Source: the human T2T-CHM13v2.0 reference genome, Homo sapiens
DNA: 64,000 nt
Assembly (NCBI RefSeq): GCF_009914755.1
Contig: NC_060925.1
Strand: one strand, 5' to 3'
The translations under genes were made by a program, and so were the position numbers. Shown here piece by piece: positions 30,159 through 43,907 of this stretch; position 1 is the stretch's first letter, and each line of letters begins with the position of its first letter. The notes beneath the pieces are model-generated. The model did not search any database. It had not been told where the DNA came from and worked only from the letters and a program-made list of their open reading frames with translations.

Positions 30159-30729
30159 TATGCTGCAAAAAATGCCATACTTTAAAAATCAGTCTTTTTG
30201 TCCTGTAAAAAAAAGCATAGTAAAGGTAAAGCACCAATTCTTAAATTGTACATTATATATTAAAATGTTAATACATTATGTCAAAATATTGAAGAACATT
30301 GTTTTAATAACAGCACAATGACAAAAGAGCCAGTTAAATGGTATAATTTTAACATAAGTAAAAAGTGAATCCATACCAAATTTTAATACCAAAGTAAACA
30401 TTACTGTTTAGAAAAATGGCATTAGAGGGCCTTAACAGTTAGTATATATTTAAAGGAAATATTAAGTAGGTAATGAACAAAATCAATTTTGAAATTTTAC
30501 TTATTACCGAATCAATTATGACATTTGTACTTTTGCTTTTATTCAAAAGTTCTATTGGATTTATCTCAAGATTAAGGACCACAATATGACAGTCAGCCAA
30601 AAACTTAGTTTTAGTGTACAAACTGCTTTAAACTACATATACATCTTCAGAGTTAGGGAAATATAATATAGGGTCCTTCAGTTTAAATGGTGAGAAGAAC
30701 TCTGCAAGCCTGCAGAACAAAAATAATTT

Positions 30730-30810
30730 TTATATATGTTCCTTTGGTTCACTAAACTTTCTCCTTTTTGGCACTGACTCTTGACTAGAAGAATCAAAGT
30801 GATGGAGGAC
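30730..30810 (-). CDS. HORMAD1: HORMAD1 exon 15 coding part (aa 369-394, VLHHFDSSSQESVPKRRKFSEPKEHI*)
   Basis: Acceptor cag at 30811-13; TAA at 30730-32; contains SQ site and basic C-terminal closure-motif region. Confidence 0.95.
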   Translation of the reverse strand, partial: VLHHFDSSSQESVPKRRKFSEPKEHI

Positions 30811-31488
30811 CTGTCAAAAGAAAACAACTACTAAGAATAGATATTTCCTGTTTAAATGTCTTTAATTGTAGATTTTTTCATGTATCTGAGATTTCTCTTC
30901 TTTTTAAAAAAATTTATGCCTAGCATACCTAGCATAACTATATCTGGGTTTCTTAAAAGTAGAGTAAAATTTATTATTAACATCTTCCAATGGCTGCTGA
31001 AAGTATGTACTTGCAAAATGTATAATCTTCAGTAGGGCTGCTGTAGAAGTGAGAAGATAGATTTAACATTATGTCCTCAAAATAGCCAAATATTTCAGAG
31101 CAATAAGAAGGGAAAAAAGATTTTAAAATGAACTACAAATAGAAAAACATTCTACCTTGGAATCATGTACGATTTAAATCATGTCTTGCTTTTGTACTCT
31201 TGAGACGTTAACATTTGAGTTTTAAAAACAGTCTTAGGTTTTCAGTTGTTTAATTCTAACCTACTAATAATACTAAAATATCTAGTTGGAAAAATATGAA
31301 TAATTATCTCAGAAATGGCAAATACATTATCTGATTTGGTAAAATAAGGTTCTAAATATGAAACAACTATAGGGTTTAAGTCAGGAAAATATTTTTTTCT
31401 CCAGAGGTACTAGGAGGAGACCCTATATTTTTAGGGAACACATGTATTTAGTAAATTATCCTCCTTCTACTTCAGTTTTGATCTCTAG

Positions 31489-31888
<400 letters not shown>

Positions 31889-32187
31889 TGAGCCACTGCA
31901 CCCAGCTGATTTTTAATTTATATATTATAAATTCCTCCAATTACTTTAAATCATTCATGGAATGAGACAGGAGATGTTTACATGGAAAAAACTAATAAAC
32001 CAACATAGGGCATCTTATTTCAAAATCACCTCGATTTTTAGAACAAAATATATTTAAACAAAATTTGAATATCAGAACTCTCAGGTACATCGAAAGATAT
32101 CAAATTCATCATTTTAAATTTAATCTGTAGTAATGATATTCTGATCCTTCCCATTGTATTCAAACTATACATTATCATAAGACTTAC

Positions 32188-32259
32188 TATTCTCCCAGAT
32201 TCATGTTGACTTCTCTTCCGATTTTCTTTGGAAGATTTTACTGGTTGATTTCCATTTGC
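32188..32259 (-). CDS. HORMAD1: HORMAD1 exon 14 (ANGNQPVKSSKENRKRSQHESGRI)
   Basis: 72 nt, phase 0/0; acceptor gag, donor GTAAGT. Confidence 0.93.
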
Positions 32260-33941
32260 CTCCACAAAGATAGAATAATTACTAATTGGTTATTTCTCAA
32301 AGAACAGCCAACACTTGATTTTTCAATCTTATGCAACGATATGCAATATTTATTTATTTATTTACTTTTTAGGGACAGGGTCTCCCTCTGTCACCCAGGC
32401 TGGAATGCAGTGGCACCATCATGGCTCACTGCAGCCTGAAACTTCTGGCCTCAAGGGATCCTCCTGCCTCAGCCTGCCAAAGTGCTGGGATTACAGGAAT
32501 GAGCTACAGTGCCCAGCTGGATATACAATTTTTTTAAAAAACAGCTTTATTGAGATATAATTTAGATACTATATGATTCACCCATTTATAAGTGTACAAT
32601 TCAATGATTTTCAGTACCTTCACAGAGTTGTACAACCATCACTACAATCAATTTTACATCACTTTCATCACCCCACAAACAAACCCCATATACCTTAGCT
32701 ATCACTCTCTTATTCTGCCATCCTCCCACCAGCCTTAAGACTGTCTCAATAACTTTCCCAGTTCTGACTTTCAAATGAAAGGAATAATACAATATGTGGA
32801 CTTTTGTGAGTAACTTCCTTTAATTAGCATGTTTTCAAGGTTCATCTAAGTTGTAGCATGTATTGGCACTTCATTTTTTTTATGGCTGATATTCAATTGT
32901 ATGAATATACCACATTTTTTAATCCATTCATCTGTTGATGTATATTTAGGTTTTTCCCATCTTTCGGCTATTGTGAATAATGCTGTATATATAGTTATTA
33001 AAATGAATATTGGAAAATGACTAATGATTAGGTGTCATACAACTATTCTCTAAAAGGATATACTTCTTTTCTGATGCTTGAAATGAGCTTTCCAATGATA
33101 ACTTCCTTAGTATATATAATAATGAATATTTTCATTTCTTGCCCTTTTCTAACCACAATTCAGTAATAATTCTCAAAATCAGGAGTACACTTGCTCAGAG
33201 TTCATATCCAAAAACATGTGCAATTTCAGAAATAAATTTATGTCCCTAAATCATCTTAATGTTACATTACAAGGAGATCTTGCTTAATAATTTTTAAAAT
33301 GCTGGTCTCTATCCCTATATCCTAGTAAAGGTTATTCATCCTACATATAAACTGGCTAGGATGAACATTTTGCTTCTAGAAGTAGTAAATCTTGACATTC
33401 CTTTATCTCTTGCTTTCATGAGATACTCATTTGAATGCTGCCTTCTGCCAGTTCTAACTTCCCATTGAGAATAGGGGTGGGGGAAGACACTTAAAAATGG
33501 CACTATAATGAGTAGTGTTCCAATAAATGTTTAATAACCAGCTCTAGGAGAGAAACAAACCTTGAGGCATTTGCTGATTTCTGTGCTGTGAATACTACCA
33601 ACATGTCCAATTTAAGCTACCAACATGATATCTCTGAGTGGGGAGTTGGGAAGAAATGTTCTAGCACACCACTAACAGAGTGAGCTATTTATTTCCTAAA
33701 CTTTAGATATTTTATATATTTTACAGAATGCTTTTTCTTCACCCCAATGAACCTTTGAGAGTAACTTAAAGGTCTAAAATCAAATATGAATTTTGATTTA
33801 GTATAATTCATACCAAAAGCTAAAATAAAGCAGTGATTTTTTTCCCTTAAGAATATGAGATTCATTTTATACAAGATATATACAAAAGATTATTTTGTAA
33901 TGTCTTATTAACAAGATACTCAATTTATAAGATTGAGCATG

Positions 33942-34048
33942 GTGCTCACTTCAGCAGCACATATGCTAAAATTAGAACGATATAGAGAAGATTAGCATGT
34001 CCCTTGCACAAGGATGACATGCAAATTCATGAAGCATTCCATATTTTT
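33942..34048 (+). pseudogene. Full-length U6 snRNA retrocopy (5' part of U6-L1 chimera)
   Basis: gtgctcacttcagcagcacatat...gaagcattccatattttt, 107 nt, matches U6 with many substitutions including in the ACAGAGA box. Confidence 0.95.
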
Positions 34049-34998
34049 CAGAGTGAACAGAGAACCTACAGAATGGGAGAAAATTTCTGCAATCTATCCA
34101 TCTGACAAAGGTCTAATATCCAGAATCTATAAGAAACTTAAACAAATTTACAAGAAAAAATAAACAACCCCATTAAAAAGTGGGTAAAGGACATGAACAG
34201 ACACTTCTCAAAAGAAGACATTCATGTGGCCAACAAACATATGAAAAACACTCAACATCACTGATCATTAGAGAAATGCAAATCAAAACCACAATGAGAT
34301 ACCATCTCATGCCAGTCAGAATGGTGATTATTAAAAGTTAAGAAACAACAGATGCTGACGAGGCTATGGAGAAATAGGAACACTTTTACACTGTTGGTTG
34401 GAATGTAAATTAGTTCAACCATTGTGGAAGACAGTGTGGTGATTCTTCAAAGATCTAGAACCAGAAATACCATTTGTCCCAGTAATCCCATTACTAGGTA
34501 TATACCCAGAGGAATATAAATCATTCTATTACAAAGACACATGCACCTGTATGTTCACTGCACCACTATTCACAATAGCAAAGACAGAATCAACCCACAT
34601 GCCCATCAGTGATAGACTGGATAAAGAAAATAAGCAGCCATAAAAAGAAATGAAATCATGTCCTTTGCAGGGACATGGATGGAGCTGGAAGCCATTATCC
34701 TCAGCAAACTAACACAGGAACAGAAAACCAAACACCACATGTTCTCGCTTATAAGTGGTAGATAAACAATGAGAACACATGGACACAAAGAGGGGAACAA
34801 TACACACTGGGGCCTGTCAGGGGGTTGGAGGGAGGGAGAGCATTAGGATAAACAGCTAATGCATGTGGGGCTTAATACCTAGGTAATAGATTGATAGGTG
34901 CAGCAAATCACTATGGCACACGTTTACCTATGTAACAAACCTGCACGTCCTGCACATGTATCTTGGAACTTAAATTAAATGAAATTTAAAAAGAAAAA
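34049..34998 (+). mobile_element. L1PA-type 3' end (ORF2 tail + 3'UTR + A tail) fused to U6
   Basis: L1 motifs (gaaatgcaaatcaaaaccacaatgagataccatctca; tgtaacaaacctgcacgtcctgcacatgta); shared TSD aagat(tg/ca)agcatg at 33929-33941 and 34999-35011. Confidence 0.93.
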
Positions 34999-35385
34999 AA
35001 GATCAAGCATGGGAACATTCTGGCATTCTAGGAAATTTCTCTGGGAGTCTGGATGATAGTATCACTTCTTCCCAAAACCTTTTCCGGATCCCTCTCTTTA
35101 ATATACCTTCAGTAAAATTAACCATTCCTTTCTTTGTGCCTATGTAGCCTATTCAGACTTCTATAATGGCTCTGTATCATTGCTTGTTTATTTCCAGTTA
35201 CTAAACTTCAGCTAAGACCATGAAGTATGTGTTATTCAGGTTATATCCTAAGCACCTAGTAAAGTACCTGACACATAATAGGTACTTAGTAAATACTGGT
35301 TTAATAAACGAAATATTAAAATAAACTCACATATGGGGGAGAATTACAAGGTTACAATGGAAAACAAACCTAAAGAGATATTTAC

Positions 35386-35469
35386 CATTTTATTCTGAAA
35401 GACTTTTCCACTTCTTGTTTTGCTTTCAGACATATCAAGTTCAGATGTTTTATTGACTAACTGCTCAAC
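35386..35469 (-). CDS. HORMAD1: HORMAD1 exon 13 (VEQLVNKTSELDMSESKTRSGKVFQNKM)
   Basis: 84 nt, canonical AG/GT, frame consistent. Confidence 0.94.
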
Positions 35470-36193
35470 CTAAAAAAGAAAATAATTACAAAAAATATAA
35501 CTTAGTATAATAAAACCTTTTCATAACACAATAAATGGGGTCCAAAAATTTAACCACATAAAATTTAGGGTCTTGTCAAGTTAAAACCAATAATTTTGAG
35601 TTGGTTCATACTGTTCAAAAAGCACAAAAGTAAAGATAGTGAAACTGACACTTTACATAATTGGCCAACCACTGAACTGAGAAAGTACCAAATGATCACC
35701 AGGCACCACCCTTCCAGAAGACAAGAAATTTAGTCTACTTATTTGAGAAATGGGCTGGGCAGAGGAAGACAGACAATCAATCATCAATCATATTTTTTCC
35801 AAGTTCATATTACCTAAATCTCTTATTTCAGGATTTTACTGTATTTGAAAAGCAGAATAAAACATGTATGCTCCAAGGCAACACAAATGTATTATATATT
35901 CCACTTATAAATACAAAGCAGGGTGGAATAAATAACTGCATAAGATTCTATCTAGCTCTGAAATTCTCAGATTCTACCAATAGTATTTAGGTTTATTACT
36001 AAACAAATCCACCAGTAATATACTCAAAATTCATCAACATATAATTTCCAGATTTAGTTAATAACAAGCATTCTAAATATTGAATTTTATTCTAAAAGAC
36101 CTGGAATAAGAAAATCTGAAAAATAAAAAATTAGCGCATAAGCAACTGTCCTGTGAACAAAACAAAAGTGAGATGAAACTATCAAGTTTATAC

Positions 36194-36270
36194 CTGAGAA
36201 TGAGAAATAGAAAGATCTGGACTTTCTTTAGACCTCATAATTTCATCTTCCTCACAAACTAAACTTGGTT
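36194..36270 (-). CDS. HORMAD1: HORMAD1 exon 12 (EPSLVCEEDEIMRSKESPDLSISHSQ)
   Basis: 77 nt, canonical sites. Confidence 0.94.
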
Positions 36271-36352
36271 CTGTAAAAAAAAAAAAAAAAAGTTACCCGG
36301 GTATAAAATTGAGTTGGAAGTGAGTTAATGTACATTTTCATTAACTTCTTAC

Positions 36353-36419
36353 CTTCAAGTTCAGAAGATGCAGGGTTTTTTTCCTGTTCTTCCATTTTAG
36401 TTTCAATGTCCAAATCATC
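36353..36419 (-). CDS. HORMAD1: HORMAD1 exon 11 (DDLDIETKMEEQEKNPASSELE)
   Basis: 67 nt, canonical sites. Confidence 0.94.
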
Positions 36420-36520
36420 CTACATAATTATGTGAAGAAAAAAATTGACACATTTCAAAAAGGAACTAAAACAACTGAGCAGAAAGCATTTATGAACAAA
36501 TTTGTTTCATGTGAAGGCTA

Positions 36521-36667
<147 letters not shown>

Positions 36668-37440
36668 TTAAAAATTAGCCAGGTGTGGTGGCATGTTTCT
36701 GTCACCTGAGGCTGAGGTGAGAGGATCGCTTGAGCCCAGAAGTTTGAGGCTGCAGTAGCCGTGATCATCCCACTGCGCTCCAGCCTGGGAGACAGGACGA
36801 GACCCTGACTCAAACACAAACAAACAAAAAAACCCAAGCCAGGCGCAATGGCTTACGCCTGTATTCCCAGCACTTTGGGAGGCTGAGGTGGGCAGATCAC
36901 TTGGGGTCAGGAGTTGGAGACCAGCCTGGCTAACATGGTGAAATCTCATCTCTACTAAAAATACAAAAATTAGCCCGGCGTGGTGGCACATGCTTGTAAT
37001 CCCAGCTACTCAGGAGGCTGAGGCAGGAGAATACCTTGAACCCAGGAGGCTAGAGGTTGCAATGAACCAAGATCTGCCACTGCACTTCAGCCTCGGCAAA
37101 AGAGCAAGACTCTGTCTCAAAAAACAAAACAAAACAAAACAAAACAAACAAACCAGAAAACCCCAAAAACCTACAACTACCTCATGGTTGCTAGAAATAA
37201 AAGTGTTCCTAGAATTTCTATCAAAAGGCAATTTATTAATCCAAATAAAGTATAAAATACTATTTTTCTTTATTTTGCAGGGTTGCTTTAAGGACAAATG
37301 ATAAAAATATACAACTTTTGGCCAGGCGTGGTGGCTCATGCCTGTAATCCCAGCACTTTGGGAGGCACAGGTGGGCAGATCACCTGAGGTCAAGAGTCCG
37401 AGACTAGCCTGACCAACATGGAGAAACCCTGTCTCTACTA

Positions 37441-37640
<200 letters not shown>

Positions 37641-38627
37641 TTATTGAAGGATAAGCTCAGTCATGTTATTGTAGAAATTGCAACAGGTTTAATGTCTACA
37701 TTACAATTATTGTTCCCTTTGTGATACATGTGAAAGAGATTTAAATATTTTAAAGAATGCTACAAACACCTCAGCCATATTTGTTATAAAGCAAGACTGG
37801 GATTTAGGTCTTAGAAAAAAGTTTTTTTCTTTGACTGAATTGGTTGAAAATTGATTGAATTTTCTATGTGTAAAGATGTGGTTAGACAGCCTAATCAGAA
37901 TAGTGAATCTCTGTACATAAGTACTGTAGTCATAATTTAGAATAAATTGAGACACAGAATACAAGAGAGGTGAGATTAAAGGACATAATGTTAATGCTTG
38001 AAAGATTAAAGCAATAATGACTTCCATATTTGCTGGAAGTGAGGCAACAAAAAAACTCTTTTATACTTCTATTCATCCATTCACTCGACTAATACTTAGG
38101 ACGCACTAACTAGAAATCCAAGTGCTAGGCACAGGATGATTAAAAAGTTGAATGAGACACTTTTCCTGACTTCCAGGAACTTCCAGGCTGCTTCAGAACA
38201 GTGACTTTCCAGGCCCTAGAGAAATTCAAGCACAGGCTACCTGAACACTTAGTAGGGATGTTGTAGAAAAGATTCCATCATTAGCCGGGAGTTAGACTAG
38301 TGCAATGCTTTTCAAATTATGCCCTAGAGTCCTAGGGGTTTCCTCAGAGTCCACTAAGAAGGTAAGTGACATAGGGAGTGGCAGAGCCTCCAGGAACATT
38401 CCCTACTTCAACCAGAATAGTTGTGCTTTTAAGTTCTAGTACAATGTTGTTTGGGCTAAGTAAAAAGTTTTAAAACCATAGGCCTAGACTTTAAGGTCCC
38501 TTTCAACCCTGAGTTTATGATTATAATACAGAATTTACACAAATGTTAATGGGAGCTATGAAAAATCTTCAGAATTGAGTCAAACATTTGTTATTATTGT
38601 TCTTTATAACTCTTGAAATACACTTAC

Positions 38628-38884
38628 ACTTATATAATGCTCCTGTTCATCTTCTACATCTTTGTCCCTCAGGATTTTTTGAAATGGTGTTTTTATTTGT
38701 TTTGGTGATAGTATAGTTGAGTCAATATTTTCCATTCGTTCTCTCTCAGTGGTCACTTTTACTTTGAAGATGTGAAAAGGTGTTGAGACTTCTCCCACAT
38801 TTAAATACATAGGTTCCCCTTCAAATATAACTCCTTCACAATCACCATCCTTAAAACCGGGAGGCTGGTAATCTGGGGGTGTAA
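38628..38884 (-). CDS. HORMAD1: HORMAD1 exon 10 (VTPPDYQPPGFKDGD...DEQEHYIS), end of HORMA domain
   Basis: 257 nt; TPPDYQPPGF is a Hop1/HORMAD signature; donor GTAAGT. Confidence 0.97.
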
Positions 38885-39815
38885 CTGCAAAAAAGTAAGT
38901 GTAAACTGTGCTGTTCATGAAATTAAAGAAAATATAATTATTATTATAAAAACACATGCAGATTGCAGGTATTTCAAATAGTATATAAGGGCATAAGGTA
39001 AAACATACGAATTACTCTCCTGCTATGTCCAAGTCCCCATTTTATTCCCTAAAGGTAAGCTTTGTTTTCTTCACTTGACTGTCTGTGACCTTGAGTAAAT
39101 TATTCATCATCCCTGATTTGATTTTCTCATCTGTCAAATGGTGAAAATAATAGTACCTACTTCATAGGGTCATTGTGGGAATAAAATAAAGTGTCGTAAA
39201 ATGTTGAGAAGAGAACTGGCACATAGTAAATACTCAATAAATGTTAGTTGTTATTTTTGTTGCTTTATGTTCTTCTAGAAGACATGCATATAATAAAAGA
39301 TATTTCATATTTACATAGGTTTTAGGAAATACATATAAAATTTCTTAAAAAACACAAATGAGCTCATACCATTCCATACCTAGCTGGTTTTAACTTAATA
39401 ATATATCTTGGATAACGTAATTTATCAGCACCTTCTTTTTAACAGCTTGTGTAGTATTCTATTACGCAGATGGACCATAATTTATTTACTCAGTCCCCAA
39501 TGAAGGACACTGAAGTTGTTTCCAGTTTGTTCCTATTTTAGCCAATGCTATAATCAAAATCCTTATATAACTTTGCGTATTTGCACAATTATATCTTCAA
39601 TATATTTTTCTCACTATAGAATTTCTGGATTAAAGATAGTGTGCATTTAAAATTTTGATACTGCCAAATTGTCCTCTAAAAATGTTGCACCTGTTTACAG
39701 TCCCTCGCGTGTATAAAAGTGCCTGCTCGGCCGGGTGCTGTGGCTCACGCCTGTTATTCCAGTACTTTGGGAGGCCAAAGCGGGTGAATCACTTGAGATC
39801 AGGAGTTCAAGACTA

Positions 39816-40091
<276 letters not shown>

Positions 40092-40330
40092 TTAACTCAT
40101 TGTTAAATTTGAGTGAGGTTATACTTCACATGGATATGTTCCTATCACTAGAGAAGCATCTATTTTAAAGCTTAATTTTGTAAATCTTTCTTTCTTGAAT
40201 AGTGATATTAAGTGTAAATTTTATAATTTCAAAAAATTTAGGTGCTAAAAATATTTGGAATGGAAACCAATTGTTTCAATAATGATAAAACATATGTACC
40301 AACTGAAACAGGATGTATTGCAAATAGTAC

Positions 40331-40482
40331 CTTCATCATAGTAAAAAAGTTTCATGGTCAAACAAACATCATTAGGTAAAGGCCCCAGATTTTGCATTAG
40401 GATATAAATCTTGCGAATGAGGAGAATGCTTGCTTTCTTGGTGTCAGTAGACAACATGCTAGATTCGTTGCTTTGGTTTTTA
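40331..40482 (-). CDS. HORMAD1: HORMAD1 exon 9 ([50 protein letters not shown])
   Basis: 152 nt; HORMA motif MQNLGPLP...LTMKLFYY. Confidence 0.97.
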
Positions 40483-40968
40483 CTAGAAGAGAATCACATA
40501 TTAATTTATTTTATAAAACCTGTGGCTTCTAATATCATAACTTTACATTTTAACTATTTGAGATTCTTATTTCTATTATAGCATTATGCTGTTAACTTGA
40601 AAGTTACCATGTGTTTTAATGTCACTATTATAAAATTTTAATATTAATATCTGCTAGAAATAATAACTTAATTTTACTTAAGTGCATTTTATATGAAGTG
40701 TTTAAAGAAAGCACATTATGTTTTAAAATTATATTTCTATATTTCTAATCACCTAAGTTCTCTTTCCACAATTAAAATTGCTTATTATTAGCCACAGAAT
40801 CCTGGCTTGAAGCTACTGCAAGCCACCACTCCATTTTGCATAGCCACATCTTGATGGTTAATTGGGGATGTCCCCGCAGTTTCAGAATGAATCCTGAGGT
40901 TTAGCTATATAGCATTAATATGAATAAGTGGTAATCTGTAATACAAACAGAAAACTATAGAACAATAC

Positions 40969-41036
40969 CTTATGAAGTCCATGAGTGGTCCATTATTGGT
41001 GTATTTGAATTTGAATTGGTAACATTCTGAAATTGT
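40969..41036 (-). CDS. HORMAD1: HORMAD1 exon 8 (TISECYQFKFKYTNNGPLMDFI)
   Basis: 68 nt, canonical sites, frame consistent. Confidence 0.95.
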
Positions 41037-41264
41037 CTTAAATAGAAAATATCGCAGTTATGCTTCTGATATTCAGTACTAGCTGCTAAATAGCTATATT
41101 CTGTTTTGTATGACTCAACATTTAGTCAATACTTTTTTCTGCCATATTAATCCCTATTGATCCATTGAAACTTTTGATTCCTCATAGTCAGTTTTCATGG
41201 TTTGGGTTTGGGGCTTCAGTCTTGGAGAGACATTTATTTCCCAACTCATTGTAATGTATGTTAT

Positions 41265-42288
41265 TGTAGGGAAAAGAGAGATCAGACTGTTACTGTGTCT
41301 ATGTAGAAAGGGAAGACATAAGAGACTCCATTTTGAAAAAGACTTGTACTTTAAATAATTGCTTTGCTGAGATGTTGTTAATTTGTAGCTTTGCCCCAGC
41401 CACTTTGACCCAACCACTTTGATCCAATCTGGAGCTCACAGAAACATATGTTGTATGAAATCAAGGTTTAAGGGATCTAGGGCTGTGCAGGACGTGCCTT
41501 GTTAACAAAATGTTTACAAGCAGTATACTTAGTAAAAGTCATCGCCATTCTCTAGTCTCAATAAACCAGGGGCACAATGCATTGCGGAAAGCCGCAGGGA
41601 CCTCTGCCCTTGAAAGCGGGGTATTGTCCAAGGTTTCTCCCCATGTGATAGTCTGAAATATGGCCTCGTGGGATGAGAAAGACCTGACCGTCTGCCAGCG
41701 CGACACCCGTAAAGGGTCTGTGCTGAGGTGGATTAGTAAAAGAGGAAAGCCTCTTGCAGTTGAGATAGAGGAAGGCCACTGTCTCCTGCCTGCCCCTGGG
41801 AACTGAATGTCTCTGTATAAAACCCGATTGTACATTTGTTCAATTCTGAGATAGGACAAAAACCGCCCTATGGTGGGAGGCGAGACATGTTTGCAGCAAT
41901 GCTGCCTTGTTATTCTTTACTCCACTGAGATGTTTGGGTGGTGAGAAACAAATCTGGCTTACGTGTACGTCCAGTCATAGTACCTTCCCTTGAACTTAAT
42001 TATGACATAGATTCTATTGCTCACATGTTTGTTGCTGACCTTCTCCTTATTATCACCCTGCCCTCCTACTACATTCCTTTTTACTAAAATAATGAAGATA
42101 ATAATCAATAAAAACTGAGGGAACTCAGAGACCGGCGCCGGTGCAGGTCCTTGGTATGCTGAGCGCCGGTCCCCTGGGCCTACTATTGTTTCTCTATACT
42201 TTGTCTCTGTGTCTTATTTCTTTTCTCAGTCTCTCGTCCCACCCGACTAGAAATACCCACAGGTGTGGAGGGGCAGGCCACCCCTTCA
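41265..42288 (+). mobile_element. HERV-K(HML-2) solo LTR, LTR5A/B type, 1024 bp
   Basis: TG...CA termini (tgtagggaaaagagagatcagactg ... ggccaccccttca), TATA-like tataaaa 41816-22, AATAAA 42107-12, 5-bp TSD gttat (41260-64, 42289-93). Confidence 0.95.
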
Positions 42289-43619
42289 GTTATTTATACC
42301 ACATGGAAGGAACTCCTTAGCAGGCAGATAAGGGAGGCAACATACCTCAGCAGAGTGGCTAACACAGGGCATAAATCTTTGCTATACTGTAACCACAGGC
42401 AAGCCACTTAAGCCTTAGTTTAAGTATTAGTTTCCCCAGCTAAAAAAGAGATTAAAGACAGTACATATCTCATTGATAGTTGTGAATAAATATTCACAAA
42501 TGGGATAATTTATACAGGGTACTTTATAAAGTACCTGACATATAGTAAACATTCAATAAATATTATTATTGTATCAACAAGGTTGCTAATTTACTGATAG
42601 AAAAAATGCACAATTATATAACATATGAAAATAAATGAACATTTTCTGAACAATCAATTAGTTTTCTGAACACAATCTATTAATTCACAGCCTTTACCCA
42701 AATGATCTGCTTTGTCAGCATGGATACATATTAAGCATTAATCGCAGGTGTGAGTATCAAAGAAAAGACACATTCTCAGCCCTCCTGAAGCCTGAATACT
42801 TCTATTGCTTTCTTTATATTTCATTGCTTACATAGTGATGTTTTTAAACATCTATTTTTAACACCAGTTTAAATCTACCTCTCCTTGACTGAATGAAACG
42901 TTATATTGTAACAGCTATAGCGTAATGGGTAAACACCCAAATTGTGAACTGGCCTTCCTAGGTTCAAAAACCTGGTTCTGCCACTTCAGCCACTATGACC
43001 TTAGGCAAGAAACCCCTTGTATTTAGATTTCCTCATCTGTAAAGCGGAGATGCTAATAGTGGTTACCTCATGAAGGTTGGGATGAATAAATGAGATAATG
43101 CACATAAAGCCCCAAAGAACAGAGCCTAATATAAAGTAAGCACTCAGTAGATCTTTCCCCCTTGTTTCTTATCTTCTGGTTTTCCCTTTCACGTTCTCCC
43201 TTCTCTCCTTTAATGGTAAGATAAATAGGTAGCTATGAATGGATTGGGATGAATATTCGAAGTTTAAGGATGACTTTCTTACTTTCCTAAAACTCAAGCC
43301 CTTTCATAATTCTAAAATGTAGTATAAAAAATACTATAAAGAATTAGACGTCAGGAGATTTAAGTTAAGTTTCTAACAGTTTGTAAGCTTTGTGGCCTAA
43401 GATCAGTCACATAATCTCTGTCATGCTAATCTGTTTAAAGGTAACAATCCAAGCCCTGCCTTACCTCAGAAGAGTTTTATGAAGCTCAAATGTGAAAATA
43501 TATATGAAAGTATATTGATTAAAGCATAATTAAAAGCATAAGATATTCTTATATTATGTTTCGTGTTATTTTTAGATATTAGAGGCATTATGTTTCTTTA
43601 GTAACTCAAGCACACTTAC

Positions 43620-43646
43620 CTGAGGATCTTCTGGGTTTGTGTATAC
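43620..43646 (-). CDS. HORMAD1: HORMAD1 exon 7, 27-nt microexon (VYTNPEDPQ)
   Basis: tag|GTATAC...CCTCAG|GTAAGT. Confidence 0.93.
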
Positions 43647-43907
43647 CTATTTAAAAACAATTTACAATTGAGTTATCTAAGGCTAAGTATTCAAGAACTA
43701 AATTAGATGTTTAGACTAAACTTCATGTGAACTCAGCAAAACAAACAAATAAAAATGACCACCCAAAATATTACTTTTTCATTCCATTGAATAGATCAGT
43801 TATTTGAATAATGTGACATAATCAATTGATAGTTTTAGTGTCATTTAATTAAGCAAGGCCAAATTTGGCAGTATTAAAAAAAGAACACACAATTTAAAAA
43901 TACTTAC

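Noticed and set aside
33942-34048. Functional U6 snRNA gene
   Set aside because: Substitutions in the ACAGAGA box and elsewhere, no PSE/TATA upstream, fused to L1 within TSDs.
41154-41859. ORFs antisense to LTR5 / possible provirus
   Set aside because: Solo LTR with TSD on both sides and no gag/pol/env sequence.
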